A DNA stretch of 44,487 bases from Burkholderiales bacterium (lineage in GTDB: Bacteria > Pseudomonadota > Gammaproteobacteria > Burkholderiales > SG8-41). The translations under genes were made by a program, and so were the position numbers. A model generated the notes under the pieces. That model saw only the letters and a list, made by a program, of their open reading frames with translations, was not told the DNA's origin and did no database searches. Below are positions 1 to 8,932 of this stretch, in pieces; the stretch's first letter is position 1, and each line of letters starts with the position of its first letter. The DNA is taken from contig JBFKCU010000001.1 in assembly GCA_041620115.1 (NCBI GenBank), forward strand, positions 1-44,487, read 5' to 3'.

Positions 1-2025
1 CATCGTATACGCCTGCACCGGGCGCAGTTTCCCCCGGTAATGATGATGCAGGAACTCGGCCTTATAGGCGGCCATGTCGGTGTGCGTGGGGCAATCGGTC
101 CTGCAGCCTTTGCACGCCAGGCAAAGATCAAGCGCCTCCCGGACTTCCGTGCTTTGCCAGCCATCGCGGATGACTTCACCGCGGAGCATTTCGGCCAGCA
201 GCCGGGCGCGGCCGCGTGTGGAATATCGTTCTTCGCGCGTCGCGCGGTAACTGGGGCACATGACGCCGCCGGCATGCGCGCGGCACTTGCCCATGCCGAC
301 GCAGCGTTCGATGGCACGATTGAAGCCGGCGCCTTCGCGACTGGCAAATGCGAATTGCGTAGCCGGGCGCTGCGGTTGATAGTCGGGACCGTATTTGAGG
401 TTTTCGTCGGCGCGGTACGGATCAATCACCTTGCCCGGGTTCATGCGATTGTGCGGATCCCAAATGCTCTTGAATTCGCGGAAGGCCTGCATCAGTTCCT
501 CGCCGTACATCACCGGCAGGAATTCGGCCTTGGCCTGGCCGTCCCCATGCTCACCCGAGAGCGAGCCGCCATATTTGACGACGAGCTCAGCGGCGGACAG
601 CAGGAATTTTCGCCACGTCAGGATGCCCTCCGTCGAGCGTGTGTCGAAGGTGATGCGCGCGTGGATGCAGCCGTCGCCGAAGTGCCCGTAGAGCGAGGTT
701 TCATAACCGTGGCGATCGACGAGGGCCTGGAATTCGCGCAGGTAATCGCCCAGCCGCAGTGGATCGACAGCGGCGTCTTCCCAGCCGACGACCGGGTCGG
801 GCTGATCGGGGTGGATGGTCAACGCCGTCGCCGACGCGGCCGTCTCGCGGATGGTCCAGATGCGTTCACACATGGCCGGGTCGGTAATCAGCCACGACGA
901 AGGTTTTGCCGTCTGTGGCGTGTCCGCTTTGCTGGTGTAATGCTCGACCAGCGCGGTGGCCTGCGCACTGGCGGCGTCCACGGTATCGGCGCCGAACTCG
1001 ATCATGATCCAGGCGTTGCCCGGCGGCAGCAGCGCGATGTCATCGCCGCGCAGTCCGCGCTCGCGCAGGCCGCCGATGATGCGTTCATCGAGCCCTTCCG
1101 TGGCGATGGGTTTGAACGGCAGGATATCCGGTACGGCGTCCCCGGCCGCGTAAATATCGGGGAAGCCCAGCACCAGCAGGACGCGCTGCTGCGGGCTGTG
1201 GACCAGGCGCGTCTGCGCGCTCAGCGTGAATGCGCAGGTGCCTTCGGTGCCGACCAGCGCGCGCGCGACATTAAACCCGTTCTCGGGTAACAACTGGTCG
1301 AGGTTGTAGCCTGACACCCGGCGCTTGATTCTGGGAAAACGCGCGCGGATCAGGTCGGCATATTTGTCGCGTAGCGCACGCAAGCGGCTGTAGATTTCAC
1401 CGCGGCGGCCGCCGCCGCGAATGATGCGCACCAGTTCATCTTCACTGGTCGGGCCTACGGTCAGCCGCAGGCCGTCGTACGTCACAATGTCCAGCGTTTC
1501 AATGTTGTCCACGGTCTTGCCGGCCATGACCGAATGCGCGCCGCAGGAGTTGTTGCCGATCATGCCGCCCAGCGTGCAGCGGCTGTGCGTTGCCGGGTCC
1601 GGACCGAAGGTCAGGCCGTGTTGTTCCGCAGCATCGCGCAGCGTATCGCAAACAGTCCCCGGTTCGACGCGCGCGGTCATCGCGGCCGGATTGATCTCGA
1701 GCACGTGATTCAAATACTTTGAGGTGTCGATGACCACGGCGACATTGACGCACTGGCCGTTCTGCGAAGTGCCGCCGCCGCGCGGCAGGACCGGTACGCC
1801 ATGTTCGCGGCAGATGTCCAGCGTTTCGATGATGTCTTCGATATCGCGCGGGACGACCACGCCGATGGGAATCTGGCGGTAATTTGACGCGTCGGCCGAG
1901 TAGACCGCCCGCGATCCGGTGTCGAAGCGGACTTCACCCTTGATGCTGCGGGCCAACTGCGCGGCGAGCGTGCCGGGGTCTACGGCAGCGACCGGCGGGC
2001 GAGGGACATCAACGGGGGCGTTCAA
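1..2025 (-). CDS. FAD-binding plus 4Fe-4S-binding oxidoreductase (YdiJ / GlcD-GlcF fusion-like). Partial: the C-terminus lies beyond the left edge.
   Basis: The gene is absent from the ORF track because it runs off the window. My reverse-complement translation gives LNAPVDVPRPPVAAVDPGTLAAQLARSIKGEVRFDTGSRAVYSADASNYRQIPIGVVVPRDIEDIIETLDICREHGVPVLPRGGGTSQNGQ..., an FAD-linked oxidase N-domain. Near position 1 it reads ...CLACKGCRTDCPTHTDMAAYKAEFLHHHYRGKLRPVQAYTM, a CxxCxxCxxxCP Fe-S motif. A TTG start at 2025 (alternative GTG at 2058) is in frame with the codon at 60..58. The + ORF 40..1290 is its antisense shadow. Confidence 0.8.
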   Translation of the reverse strand, partial: MNAPVDVPRPPVAAVDPGTLAAQLARSIKGEVRFDTGSRAVYSADASNYRQIPIGVVVPRDIEDIIETLDICREHGVPVLPRGGGTSQNGQCVNVAVVIDTSKYLNHVLEINPAAMTARVEPGTVCDTLRDAAEQHGLTFGPDPATHSRCTLGGMIGNNSCGAHSVMAGKTVDNIETLDIVTYDGLRLTVGPTSEDELVRIIRGGGRRGEIYSRLRALRDKYADLIRARFPRIKRRVSGYNLDQLLPENGFNVARALVGTEGTCAFTLSAQTRLVHSPQQRVLLVLGFPDIYAAGDAVPDILPFKPIATEGLDERIIGGLRERGLRGDDIALLPPGNAWIMIEFGADTVDAASAQATALVEHYTSKADTPQTAKPSSWLITDPAMCERIWTIRETAASATALTIHPDQPDPVVGWEDAAVDPLRLGDYLREFQALVDRHGYETSLYGHFGDGCIHARITFDTRSTEGILTWRKFLLSAAELVVKYGGSLSGEHGDGQAKAEFLPVMYGEELMQAFREFKSIWDPHNRMNPGKVIDPYRADENLKYGPDYQPQRPATQFAFASREGAGFNRAIERCVGMGKCRAHAGGVMCPSYRATREERYSTRGRARLLAEMLRGEVIRDGWQSTEVREALDLCLACKGCRTDCPTHTDMAAYKAEFLHHHYRGKLRPVQAYTM

Positions 2026-2194
2026 ATGGACTCCGGCATTAACGACGGGCCGCCGCACCTCGCGGCAGTGGCCCGATTGTAGCTTGACCTGCGGACATGG
2101 AGAAAAAACTCGAAAAAACAACAACTTGCGTTAAATCTCTCCGTGACAAAACAGGCGGAAATAAACAATTAAAACAATTGCTTACGTAACTTTG

Positions 2195-2208
2195 TGCAAG
2201 CGTTTGCA
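2195..2208. promoter_or_regulatory. Candidate LacI-family operator, TGCAAGCGTTTGCA
   Basis: This is a 14-bp near-perfect palindrome with a central CG (half sites TGCAAGC and TGCAAAC). It fits the generic LacI/GalR operator shape TGnAAnCGnTTnCA. It sits midway in the divergent intergenic region between the FAD/Fe-S gene and the Xsc-like gene, and a LacI-family gene lies just downstream. Confidence 0.5.
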
Positions 2209-2232
2209 TCAGTCGTAGGCCCGGCGTATCAT
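2204..2232 (+). promoter_or_regulatory. Candidate sigma70 promoter for the Xsc-like gene (TTGCAT, 17-nt spacer, TATCAT)
   Basis: TTGCAT lies at 2204..2209. A spacer that I counted as exactly 17 nt follows, then TATCAT at 2227..2232. The -35 overlaps the right half of the palindrome at 2195..2208. This is a by-eye call only. Confidence 0.35.
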
Positions 2233-2341
2233 GCAAGGCCGCCGGCTGGTCCGTACGCCGGCCGGATCGCCCGTTCCCAATGTCTTTGCGCTGGTTTGCG
2301 CCGCGGTGGCGCAGCACGCTCTAACCCGGAGGAAATGTTCC

Positions 2342-4114
2342 ATGAATACCATGGCCGATACCAAGAACATCGCCAAAGCACAGGCTGGCAGCGGCAAGAT
2401 ACGCATGACGCCGTCCGAAGCTTTTGTCGAGACGCTGGTGGCGCAGGGCGTCAAGGATACGTTCGGCATCGTCGGCTCGGCGTACATGGATGCGCATGAT
2501 CTGTTTCCGCTGGCCGGCATCCGCTTTCTGTCGGTGGCGCATGAGCAGAACGCGGCGCACATGGCCGATGGTTATTCGCGGGTTACGGGCAAGCACGGCG
2601 TGTGCATCGCGCAGAACGGTCCCGGTATCACCAATTTTGTCACCGGCATCGCTGCTGCCTACTGGGCGCATTCGCCGGTGGTCTGCGTGACGCCGGAGTC
2701 GGGCAGCCTGTCCATGGGGCTGGGCGGTTTCCAGGAAACCGAGCAGATGCCGATATTCTCGAAAATCACCAAATGGCAGGTGCACGTGAACTCGCCGCTG
2801 CGCATTGCCGAACTGACCGGGCGTGCCTTCGATATCGCCATGGCCGAACGCGGCCCGGTGCAGATCAACATCCCGCGCGACTATTTCTACGGCGAGGGTG
2901 ACTACGAGATTCCGCAGCCGCACAAACTCGAGCGTTCCGCTGGGGGCCCGGAGTCACTGGATGCGGCGGCGCGCATGCTTGCCAAAGCCAAGTTCCCGGT
3001 GATCCTGTCGGGCGGCGGGGTGATCATGGCCAACGGCATCAAGGAATGCGCCGCATTGGCAGATTATCTGACCGCACCGGTGGTCAATTCCTATTTGCAC
3101 AACGATTCGTTCCCGGCGAGCCATCCGCTGTGTTGTGGTCCGCTGGGATACCAGGGCTCGAAGGCGGCGATGAACATCATTGCCAAGGCCGACGTGGTCC
3201 TGGCCCTGGGCTCCCGCCTCGGCCCCTTCGGCACGCTGCCGCAGCACGGACTGGATTACTGGCCGAAGAATGCCAAGATCATCCAGGTTGATGCCGATTC
3301 ACGCATGCTCGGGCTCGTCAAGAAAACCACGGTCGGTATTTGCGGTGATGCGCGCCAGGCGGCGATTGCCCTGCTCGAGCGGGTGAAGGCGATTGCCAAG
3401 CTGGCGCCGAATAAGGCACGCCTGGCCGAAGTGCAGAAAGCGAAAAAGGCGTGGGCCGAGGAACTCGACAAGTGGGCCTCCCCCAACACCAAGACCCGCA
3501 TCGGCCCGCGCCAGGCGCTGGCCGCACTGGCCCGCGCGATGCCGAAGAACGCGATGGTATCGACTGACATCGGCAACGTCTGCTCGGTGTCGAACAGCTA
3601 CCTACATTTCGAAACCGCCCCCTCGTTCCTCGCGGCCATGAGTTTCGGCAATTGCGGTTACGCTTTTCCCGCGGCGATGGGCGCCAAGGTCGGGCGCCCT
3701 GACCGGCCGGCAATCGCCTATGTCGGCGACGGCGCCTGGGGCATGAGCCTGAACGAGGTGATGACCTGCGTGCGCGAGAAAATCCCGGTGATTGCAGTGG
3801 TGTTCAACAATGGCCAGTGGGGCGCCGAGAAAAAGAATCAGGTCGACTATTTTGAGAACCGTTTCCTCGGCACCAACCTGCAGAATCCGAATTTTGCCGA
3901 TGTCGCCGAGTCCATGGGTGCAAACGGCCTCACGGTCGAGCATGTGGATGAAGTCGGTGATGCCTTGCGTGCTGCTGTGCGGTCCAACAAACCGACGGTG
4001 ATCAACATGATGCTGACGCAGGAGTTGGGCGACCCGTTCCGGCGCGATGCGTTCCGCCAACCGCGCCGGCTGCTGGCCAAATACCGCAAGCACAGCGCGA
4101 AGCAGTATCGCTGA
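2342..4114 (+). CDS. xsc: Thiamine-diphosphate enzyme, sulfoacetaldehyde acetyltransferase (Xsc)-like
   Basis: The true start is MNTMADTK at 2342, with GGAGGA 8 nt upstream; the track ORF begins at 2231. The ThDP motif is GDGAWGMSLNEVMTCVREKIPVIAVVFNNGQWG. The blocks INIPRDYF, GPLGYQGSKAAMNIIAKADVVLALGSRLGPFGTLP, DYWPKNAKIIQVD, VGICGDA and the C-terminal LTQELGDPFRRDAFRQP match my recollection of characterised Xsc proteins rather than acetolactate synthases. The family call needs an HMM or BLAST check. Confidence 0.72.
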   Translation: MNTMADTKNIAKAQAGSGKIRMTPSEAFVETLVAQGVKDTFGIVGSAYMDAHDLFPLAGIRFLSVAHEQNAAHMADGYSRVTGKHGVCIAQNGPGITNFVTGIAAAYWAHSPVVCVTPESGSLSMGLGGFQETEQMPIFSKITKWQVHVNSPLRIAELTGRAFDIAMAERGPVQINIPRDYFYGEGDYEIPQPHKLERSAGGPESLDAAARMLAKAKFPVILSGGGVIMANGIKECAALADYLTAPVVNSYLHNDSFPASHPLCCGPLGYQGSKAAMNIIAKADVVLALGSRLGPFGTLPQHGLDYWPKNAKIIQVDADSRMLGLVKKTTVGICGDARQAAIALLERVKAIAKLAPNKARLAEVQKAKKAWAEELDKWASPNTKTRIGPRQALAALARAMPKNAMVSTDIGNVCSVSNSYLHFETAPSFLAAMSFGNCGYAFPAAMGAKVGRPDRPAIAYVGDGAWGMSLNEVMTCVREKIPVIAVVFNNGQWGAEKKNQVDYFENRFLGTNLQNPNFADVAESMGANGLTVEHVDEVGDALRAAVRSNKPTVINMMLTQELGDPFRRDAFRQPRRLLAKYRKHSAKQYR

Positions 4115-4133
4115 ACGTGACAGACGGAACATG

Positions 4134-4160
4134 AAAAAGCCGGCGCTAGCCGGCTTTTTT
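4134..4160 (+). terminator. Rho-independent terminator after the Xsc-like gene
   Basis: The sequence is AAAAA-GCCGGC-GCTA-GCCGGC-TTTTTT. It has a perfect 6-bp GC stem, a 4-nt loop and a 6-T tract, and it starts 20 nt after the stop codon. Confidence 0.7.
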
Positions 4161-4165
4161 CCCCG

Positions 4166-5197
4166 ATGAAAGCACAATCGAGCAAAGCCGCCAGGCTCGC
4201 CGACGTGGCGCGGCTTGCCAAGGTATCGACGGCTACGGTGTCGCGTGCATTGACATTGCCGCACAAGGTAAAAGCGCGCACGCTTGAACGTGTGCAGCAG
4301 GCGGCGCGCACGCTGGGATATGTGGCGCACGGCGCTGCGCGCGCACTGGCATCTCGGCGCACGCGCACCATCGCTGCCGTGGTGCCGACGCTGGACAATG
4401 CAATTTTCGCCAACACCATTCATGCGCTGCAGCGCACGCTCGATGCGGCCGGTTACGTGCTGCTGCTCGCCAGCCATGAGTTCGACGCCGACGTCGAGGC
4501 GCGCGTCACGCGGGCATTGATCGAACGCGGCGTCGACGGGCTGGTATTGCTCGGCACCACGCATCATCCTGACATCTACCGCATGATCGACGCGCATGCG
4601 CTGCCTTATGTGCTGACCTGGGCGTTTGACGAGAGCGGCGATCAACCCTGTGTCGGCTTCGACAATCGGGCCGCGGCTACACGAGTGACGAACTATCTGC
4701 TCGACCTCGGGCACCGGCGCTTTGCCATGATCTCCGGCATCACCACGCACAATGAACGCGCACAGGAGCGCCTTGCCGGAGTGCGCGAAGCACTGGCCGC
4801 ACGCGGTCTGGAGTTGCCGCGCGTGCGCATCGTCGAGAAATCGTACACGCACACCGGCGGACGCGAAGGGTTACGCGAGGTCATGGCTGGAAGCGAACCG
4901 CCCACCGCGGTCATCTGCGGCAACGACGTGCTGGCCATCGGGGCCATTGCCGAATGCCATGTCCGCGGCTACGCGGTGCCCGGCGACGTTTCGATTACCG
5001 GATTCGACGACATGGAAATCGCGGCCGTGATGACGCCGGCGCTGACCACGGTACGTTTCCCGACCACCGATCTGGGGGTTTACGCGGCCAACCATCTGCT
5101 GTTGCGGCTGGAGGGTAAAGCCGTCGAGCTGCGCTGCAAGCTGCCGACCGAACTGGTGGTGCGCGAGAGCGCGGCGGCACCCCGCGGCGCAAAATAG
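4166..5197 (+). CDS. LacI-family transcriptional regulator
   Basis: The N-terminal HTH is ARLADVARLAKVSTATVSRALT. A periplasmic-binding-protein-like sugar-binding fold follows (IAAVVPTLDNAIFANTIHALQ ... AVICGNDVLAIGAI ... VSITGFDD). Confidence 0.9.
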   Translation: MKAQSSKAARLADVARLAKVSTATVSRALTLPHKVKARTLERVQQAARTLGYVAHGAARALASRRTRTIAAVVPTLDNAIFANTIHALQRTLDAAGYVLLLASHEFDADVEARVTRALIERGVDGLVLLGTTHHPDIYRMIDAHALPYVLTWAFDESGDQPCVGFDNRAAATRVTNYLLDLGHRRFAMISGITTHNERAQERLAGVREALAARGLELPRVRIVEKSYTHTGGREGLREVMAGSEPPTAVICGNDVLAIGAIAECHVRGYAVPGDVSITGFDDMEIAAVMTPALTTVRFPTTDLGVYAANHLLLRLEGKAVELRCKLPTELVVRESAAAPRGAK

Positions 5198-5213
5198 AAT
5201 CAGCGCGGTATTT

Positions 5214-6629
5214 TCAGGCCAGCGCCTTCCGTGCCTTGACGATCGCCGCCTTCACCCTCGCCGGCGCGGTGCCGCCGATGTGGCTGCGGCTTTTCATCGA
5301 GCCCTCCAGCGTCAGTGCGTCGAAGACGTCTTCGCCGATCAATGATGAGAACTGCCGCAGGTCGCCGAGCGCGAGGTCGGACAGATCGCAGCCCCGTGTT
5401 TCGGCGAAGCGCACGGCCTGCGCCACGGTTTCATGCGCCTCGCGGAAGGGCATGCCCTTTTTCACCAGGTAGTCGGCGAGATCCGTCGCCGTCGCATACC
5501 CTTCACGCGCTGCGGCTCGCATCGCCTCGGCATTGACGGTGATGCCGCCGACCATGCCGGCGAACACCGCGAGGCTCATCAGCAGCGTGTCCACCGTGTC
5601 GAGCAGGGGCTCCTTGTCCTCCTGATTATCCTTGTTGTAAGCGAGCGGCTGACCCTTCATCAGGGTCAGCAGTGCGACCAGATGGCCGTTGACCCGACCG
5701 GTTTTGCCGCGCACCAGCTCGGCCACGTCGGGGTTTTTTTTCTGCGGCATGATCGACGAGCCGGTGCAATAGCGGTCGGCTATGTCAATGAAGCCGAAGC
5801 GGGGGCTCATCCAAAGGATCAGCTCCTCGCTGAAGCGCGACAGGTGGGTCATGGTCAGGGCGCCAGCGGCGACGAATTCAATGGCAAAGTCCCGGTCGGA
5901 AACTGCATCGAGCGAATTTTCACACACACCGTCGAAACCCAGTTCCTTGGCGACCATCTGCCGGTCGATCGGAAACGAGGTGCCGGCCAGCGCGGCCGCT
6001 CCCAGCGGCAGCCGGTTGACCCGTTTGCGGCAGTCGGCAAAACGCTGCGCGTCGCGCGACAGCATTTCAACGTAAGCCAGCAGGTGGTGCGCGAACGACA
6101 CCGGCTGCGCCACCTGCAGGTGGGTGAAACCGGGCATTACCGTGTCGGCGTGCTTTTCGGCAAGATCCAGCAGCGCGCGCTGCAGCGCCTTGATCAGCGT
6201 CTGCACGTGATCAATGGCTGCGCGCAGATAAAGCCGCACGTCTGTGGCAACCTGGTCGTTGCGCGAACGTCCGGTGTGCAGCCGTTTGCCGGCGTCGCCG
6301 ACCATGTCGGTGAGGCGCCGCTCGATGTTGAGGTGCACATCCTCCAGATCGACGGACCAGGGAAAGGTGCCGTTACGGACTTCCTCGCCAATGGCGGCGA
6401 GGCCATTCTCAATCGCCTCGAGATCAGCCGCTGTAAGTATGCCGACTGCCCGCAGCATGCGGGCGTGGGCGACCGAGCCCTGGATATCGAACTCGGCAAG
6501 GCGCTGGTCGAAGCCGACCGAAGCGGTAAAGCGCTTGACCAGATCGTCCACGGGTTCGGTGAAGCGCCCCGACCAGGGTTTGGTGGCGCTCGGTTTTGCG
6601 CCGCTTCTTGTTTTATCTTTTGCTGACAT
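5214..6629 (-). CDS. argH: Argininosuccinate lyase
   Basis: [41 protein letters not shown] and [11 protein letters not shown] are fumarate-lyase-family signatures. [11 protein letters not shown] is the conserved loop. Confidence 0.95.
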   Translation of the reverse strand: MSAKDKTRSGAKPSATKPWSGRFTEPVDDLVKRFTASVGFDQRLAEFDIQGSVAHARMLRAVGILTAADLEAIENGLAAIGEEVRNGTFPWSVDLEDVHLNIERRLTDMVGDAGKRLHTGRSRNDQVATDVRLYLRAAIDHVQTLIKALQRALLDLAEKHADTVMPGFTHLQVAQPVSFAHHLLAYVEMLSRDAQRFADCRKRVNRLPLGAAALAGTSFPIDRQMVAKELGFDGVCENSLDAVSDRDFAIEFVAAGALTMTHLSRFSEELILWMSPRFGFIDIADRYCTGSSIMPQKKNPDVAELVRGKTGRVNGHLVALLTLMKGQPLAYNKDNQEDKEPLLDTVDTLLMSLAVFAGMVGGITVNAEAMRAAAREGYATATDLADYLVKKGMPFREAHETVAQAVRFAETRGCDLSDLALGDLRQFSSLIGEDVFDALTLEGSMKSRSHIGGTAPARVKAAIVKARKALA

Positions 6630-6663
6630 GGACTTGCGTGAGGCCTGCTAGAATGAAACCGCC

Positions 6664-7683
6664 ATGGCGCGGAGTATAAATCATAATGCCAACACCGGCG
6701 CCCTGCCGGACTTCCGCAACTTTGGAATATTGCTGCGGATCGTGCTGGTCGTGAACGGTGTGGCGCTGCTGGCGGCACTGCTGCAGGTGCGAATCATTGG
6801 TCAGTGGCCGACGCAGTTCACCGAGAACGCCGCGCTGGTCGAACCGCTGCTGATATTGAGCCTGCTGGTGCTTGCGGCAGCCGGCGGCGTACTCCGCCGC
6901 TTGCCGTATGCCGCTGCAATTGTGGCCGTGCTGGCAATCGAGCTCGCACTGACCGCGGCGCTTCATACCCTCGGCCGTAACTGGTTCCTGGTCGACGCGC
7001 ATGCGTTGCCGCGCTGGCTGCTGATCGTGGCGCTGACAACGGGGATGCTGCTGGTTTATTTTGACTTGCGCGGGCGCGCGCTTTCGCCGGCACTGGCTGA
7101 GGCGCGGCTGCAGGCGTTGCAGGCGCGCATCAGGCCACACTTTCTGTTTAACAGCATCAACGCGGTGCTGTCCCTGGTGCGTCAGTCGCCGCGCCGCGCA
7201 GAGGCGGCGCTTGAGGACCTCGCGGGACTGTTCCGTGCATTGATGGCAGACAACCGGGAACTGACGCCGATCGCGCGCGAAGTCGAGCTTTGCCGCCAGT
7301 ACCTTGATCTGGAGCAGTTGCGTCTCGGCGAGCGGTTGCAGGTGGAATGGCATATTGAAAACATGGCGCCGGACGCGCTGGTGCCGCCGCTGTCGCTGCA
7401 GCCGCTGCTGGAGAATGCCGTTTACCACGGCGTTGAGCCGAGCGAGAAACCCGGCGTCGTCAGCATCAACATCTACACGGCGCGCGACCGGCTTCATGCC
7501 GTATTGCGGAATCCGTACCGGGCGACCGGTGACCACCACGCGGGAAACAAAATGGCGCTGGCCAATATCCGTGAGCGCCTGCAGTTGCATTTTGACGTGG
7601 CGGCGGAACTGAGCACCAGGGTCGGTGACGGTACTTATGAAGTACGGATCGCAATGCCCTACGTGAAGGCGAGGAAGACATGA
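6664..7683 (+). CDS. algZ: Membrane sensor histidine kinase of the LytS/AlgZ(FimS) type
   Basis: There are four or more N-terminal TM segments. The His_kinase box is RIRPHFLFNSINAV and the ATPase box is LQPLLENAVYHGV. The stop overlaps the start of the LytTR regulator (ATGA), and the gene sits between argH and the algR-like gene as in Pseudomonas. Confidence 0.8.
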   Translation: MARSINHNANTGALPDFRNFGILLRIVLVVNGVALLAALLQVRIIGQWPTQFTENAALVEPLLILSLLVLAAAGGVLRRLPYAAAIVAVLAIELALTAALHTLGRNWFLVDAHALPRWLLIVALTTGMLLVYFDLRGRALSPALAEARLQALQARIRPHFLFNSINAVLSLVRQSPRRAEAALEDLAGLFRALMADNRELTPIAREVELCRQYLDLEQLRLGERLQVEWHIENMAPDALVPPLSLQPLLENAVYHGVEPSEKPGVVSINIYTARDRLHAVLRNPYRATGDHHAGNKMALANIRERLQLHFDVAAELSTRVGDGTYEVRIAMPYVKARKT

Positions 7684-8432
7684 GCGCGCCGTTGCGTGTG
7701 CTGATCGTTGACGATGAGGCGCCGGCGCGCAGCCGCATGCGCGACCTGCTTGCGGATGTGAGTGTGGAATTGCCGGTGACGATTGCCGGCGAAGCAGCCA
7801 ACGGACGCGAAGCCCTGGGTCTTGCGCAGTCCGGCGAGATCGACGTTGTGCTGCTCGACGTGCGCATGCCCGGCATGGATGGGATCGAAGTCGCGCAGCA
7901 CTTGCAGAAAATGCAGCGGCCGCCAGCGGTTATTTTTGCAACGGCTTATGATGCCTACGCGATTCGCGCATTCGATTTGCACGCAGTCGACTACCTGCTC
8001 AAACCCATCCGCGCGGCGCGCCTGCAGGAGGCGTTGGCACGGGCAGCGCACAGTGTCACGCCGGTTGCGGCGCTGCAGGACCTGCAGCAGGCGCCGCGTG
8101 CCTGTCTGAGTGCGGCCGAGCGCGGGAAGGTGCACCTGATCCCGGTTGAGGAGGTGTTGTACCTGCGTGCGGAACTGAAATATGTCACTGTGCGCACGGC
8201 GGCCCGTGAATATCTGATCGAGGAATCGCTGACGCGGCTGGAGCAGGAATTTCAGGACGTTTTCGTGCGCGTGCACCGCAACTGCCTCGTCGCCCGCGCA
8301 GCGATACGCGGGTTCGAGCGGGAAGGCGGCGAAAGCGGAGAAGGACCGTGGCAGGTCGTGCTGGCTGATCTGGAAGAGCGCATTCCGGTGAGCCGGCGCC
8401 AGCAGCATCTGGTGCGCGAGCTGGCGCGCTGA
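7680..8432 (+). CDS. algR: LytR/AlgR-family response regulator (receiver plus LytTR DNA-binding domain)
   Basis: The receiver domain reads LRVLIVDDEAPARSRMRDLL ... DVVLLDVRMPGMDG ... DYLLKP. The C-terminal LytTR domain reads HLIPVEEVLYLRAELKYVTVRT ... FVRVHRNCLV. Confidence 0.88.
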   Translation: MSAPLRVLIVDDEAPARSRMRDLLADVSVELPVTIAGEAANGREALGLAQSGEIDVVLLDVRMPGMDGIEVAQHLQKMQRPPAVIFATAYDAYAIRAFDLHAVDYLLKPIRAARLQEALARAAHSVTPVAALQDLQQAPRACLSAAERGKVHLIPVEEVLYLRAELKYVTVRTAAREYLIEESLTRLEQEFQDVFVRVHRNCLVARAAIRGFEREGGESGEGPWQVVLADLEERIPVSRRQQHLVRELAR

Positions 8433-8439
8433 TTTCGCT

Positions 8440-8922
8440 TCAGCGACCGCGTGGCCGCATTTTCGTCAGGCCTGCTTCGAGGGCCTGTTCGATATACAGC
8501 CGGTAAAAATCGTCAGACAGCAGGCCGACGATAGGCGGCGCAACCGGCTTGCCCTCTGCATCGAACGCGATCAGAGTCGGCACGCGGCGTACGCCATGGC
8601 TGCGTGCGAAATTGCGATGCGTCGTCATCTTGCCGTCGAAATCGCGCACCGCAGCGCCGCGGTCCACGTCGATTTCGCGAATCAGCACGCGGCCCTGCCA
8701 CTGGGGATCATTCTGCAGCGGAATCAGATAATCACGGCGCGCGATCGCGCAGTACGGGCAGGAATGCTGCATGAAGTGGATCAGCACTGGCGCACGTTGT
8801 GCCCGCGCGGTGGCGGCAAGGCGCATCAGATCTTCCGCGGGCAACAGTTGTGCCGCTGCCGGTGCCGTGGAGGATACCGCCCATGCTACAATCACCCAGC
8901 GGAAAATTCTTAAAATATTCAA
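8440..8922 (-). CDS. Secreted thioredoxin-fold protein (CPYC active site)
   Basis: It is the C-terminal part of track ORF 8440..9198. The core reads [23 protein letters not shown] ... [16 protein letters not shown]. The ATG of the track ORF would overlap hemC. An in-frame TTG at 8922 gives a plausible signal peptide, (M)[23 protein letters not shown]. The start is uncertain. Confidence 0.62.
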   Translation of the reverse strand: MNILRIFRWVIVAWAVSSTAPAAAQLLPAEDLMRLAATARAQRAPVLIHFMQHSCPYCAIARRDYLIPLQNDPQWQGRVLIREIDVDRGAAVRDFDGKMTTHRNFARSHGVRRVPTLIAFDAEGKPVAPPIVGLLSDDFYRLYIEQALEAGLTKMRPRGR

Positions 8923-8932
8923 TATAATCAAT

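Noticed and set aside
40-1290. A 416-aa plus-strand ORF, the longest ORF in the first 2 kb of the track.
   Set aside because: It is an antisense shadow of the real minus-strand FAD/Fe-S oxidoreductase gene. Its product is Arg/Ala/Gly-rich with no recognisable motif, whereas the opposite strand translates into clean FAD-oxidase and Fe-S motifs.
6649-6654. A TAGAAT hexamer 9 nt upstream of the algZ-like ATG, suggesting a leaderless transcript.
   Set aside because: The best -35 candidate (CTGACA, 6623..6628) gives a 20-nt spacer, which is too long. The evidence is insufficient.
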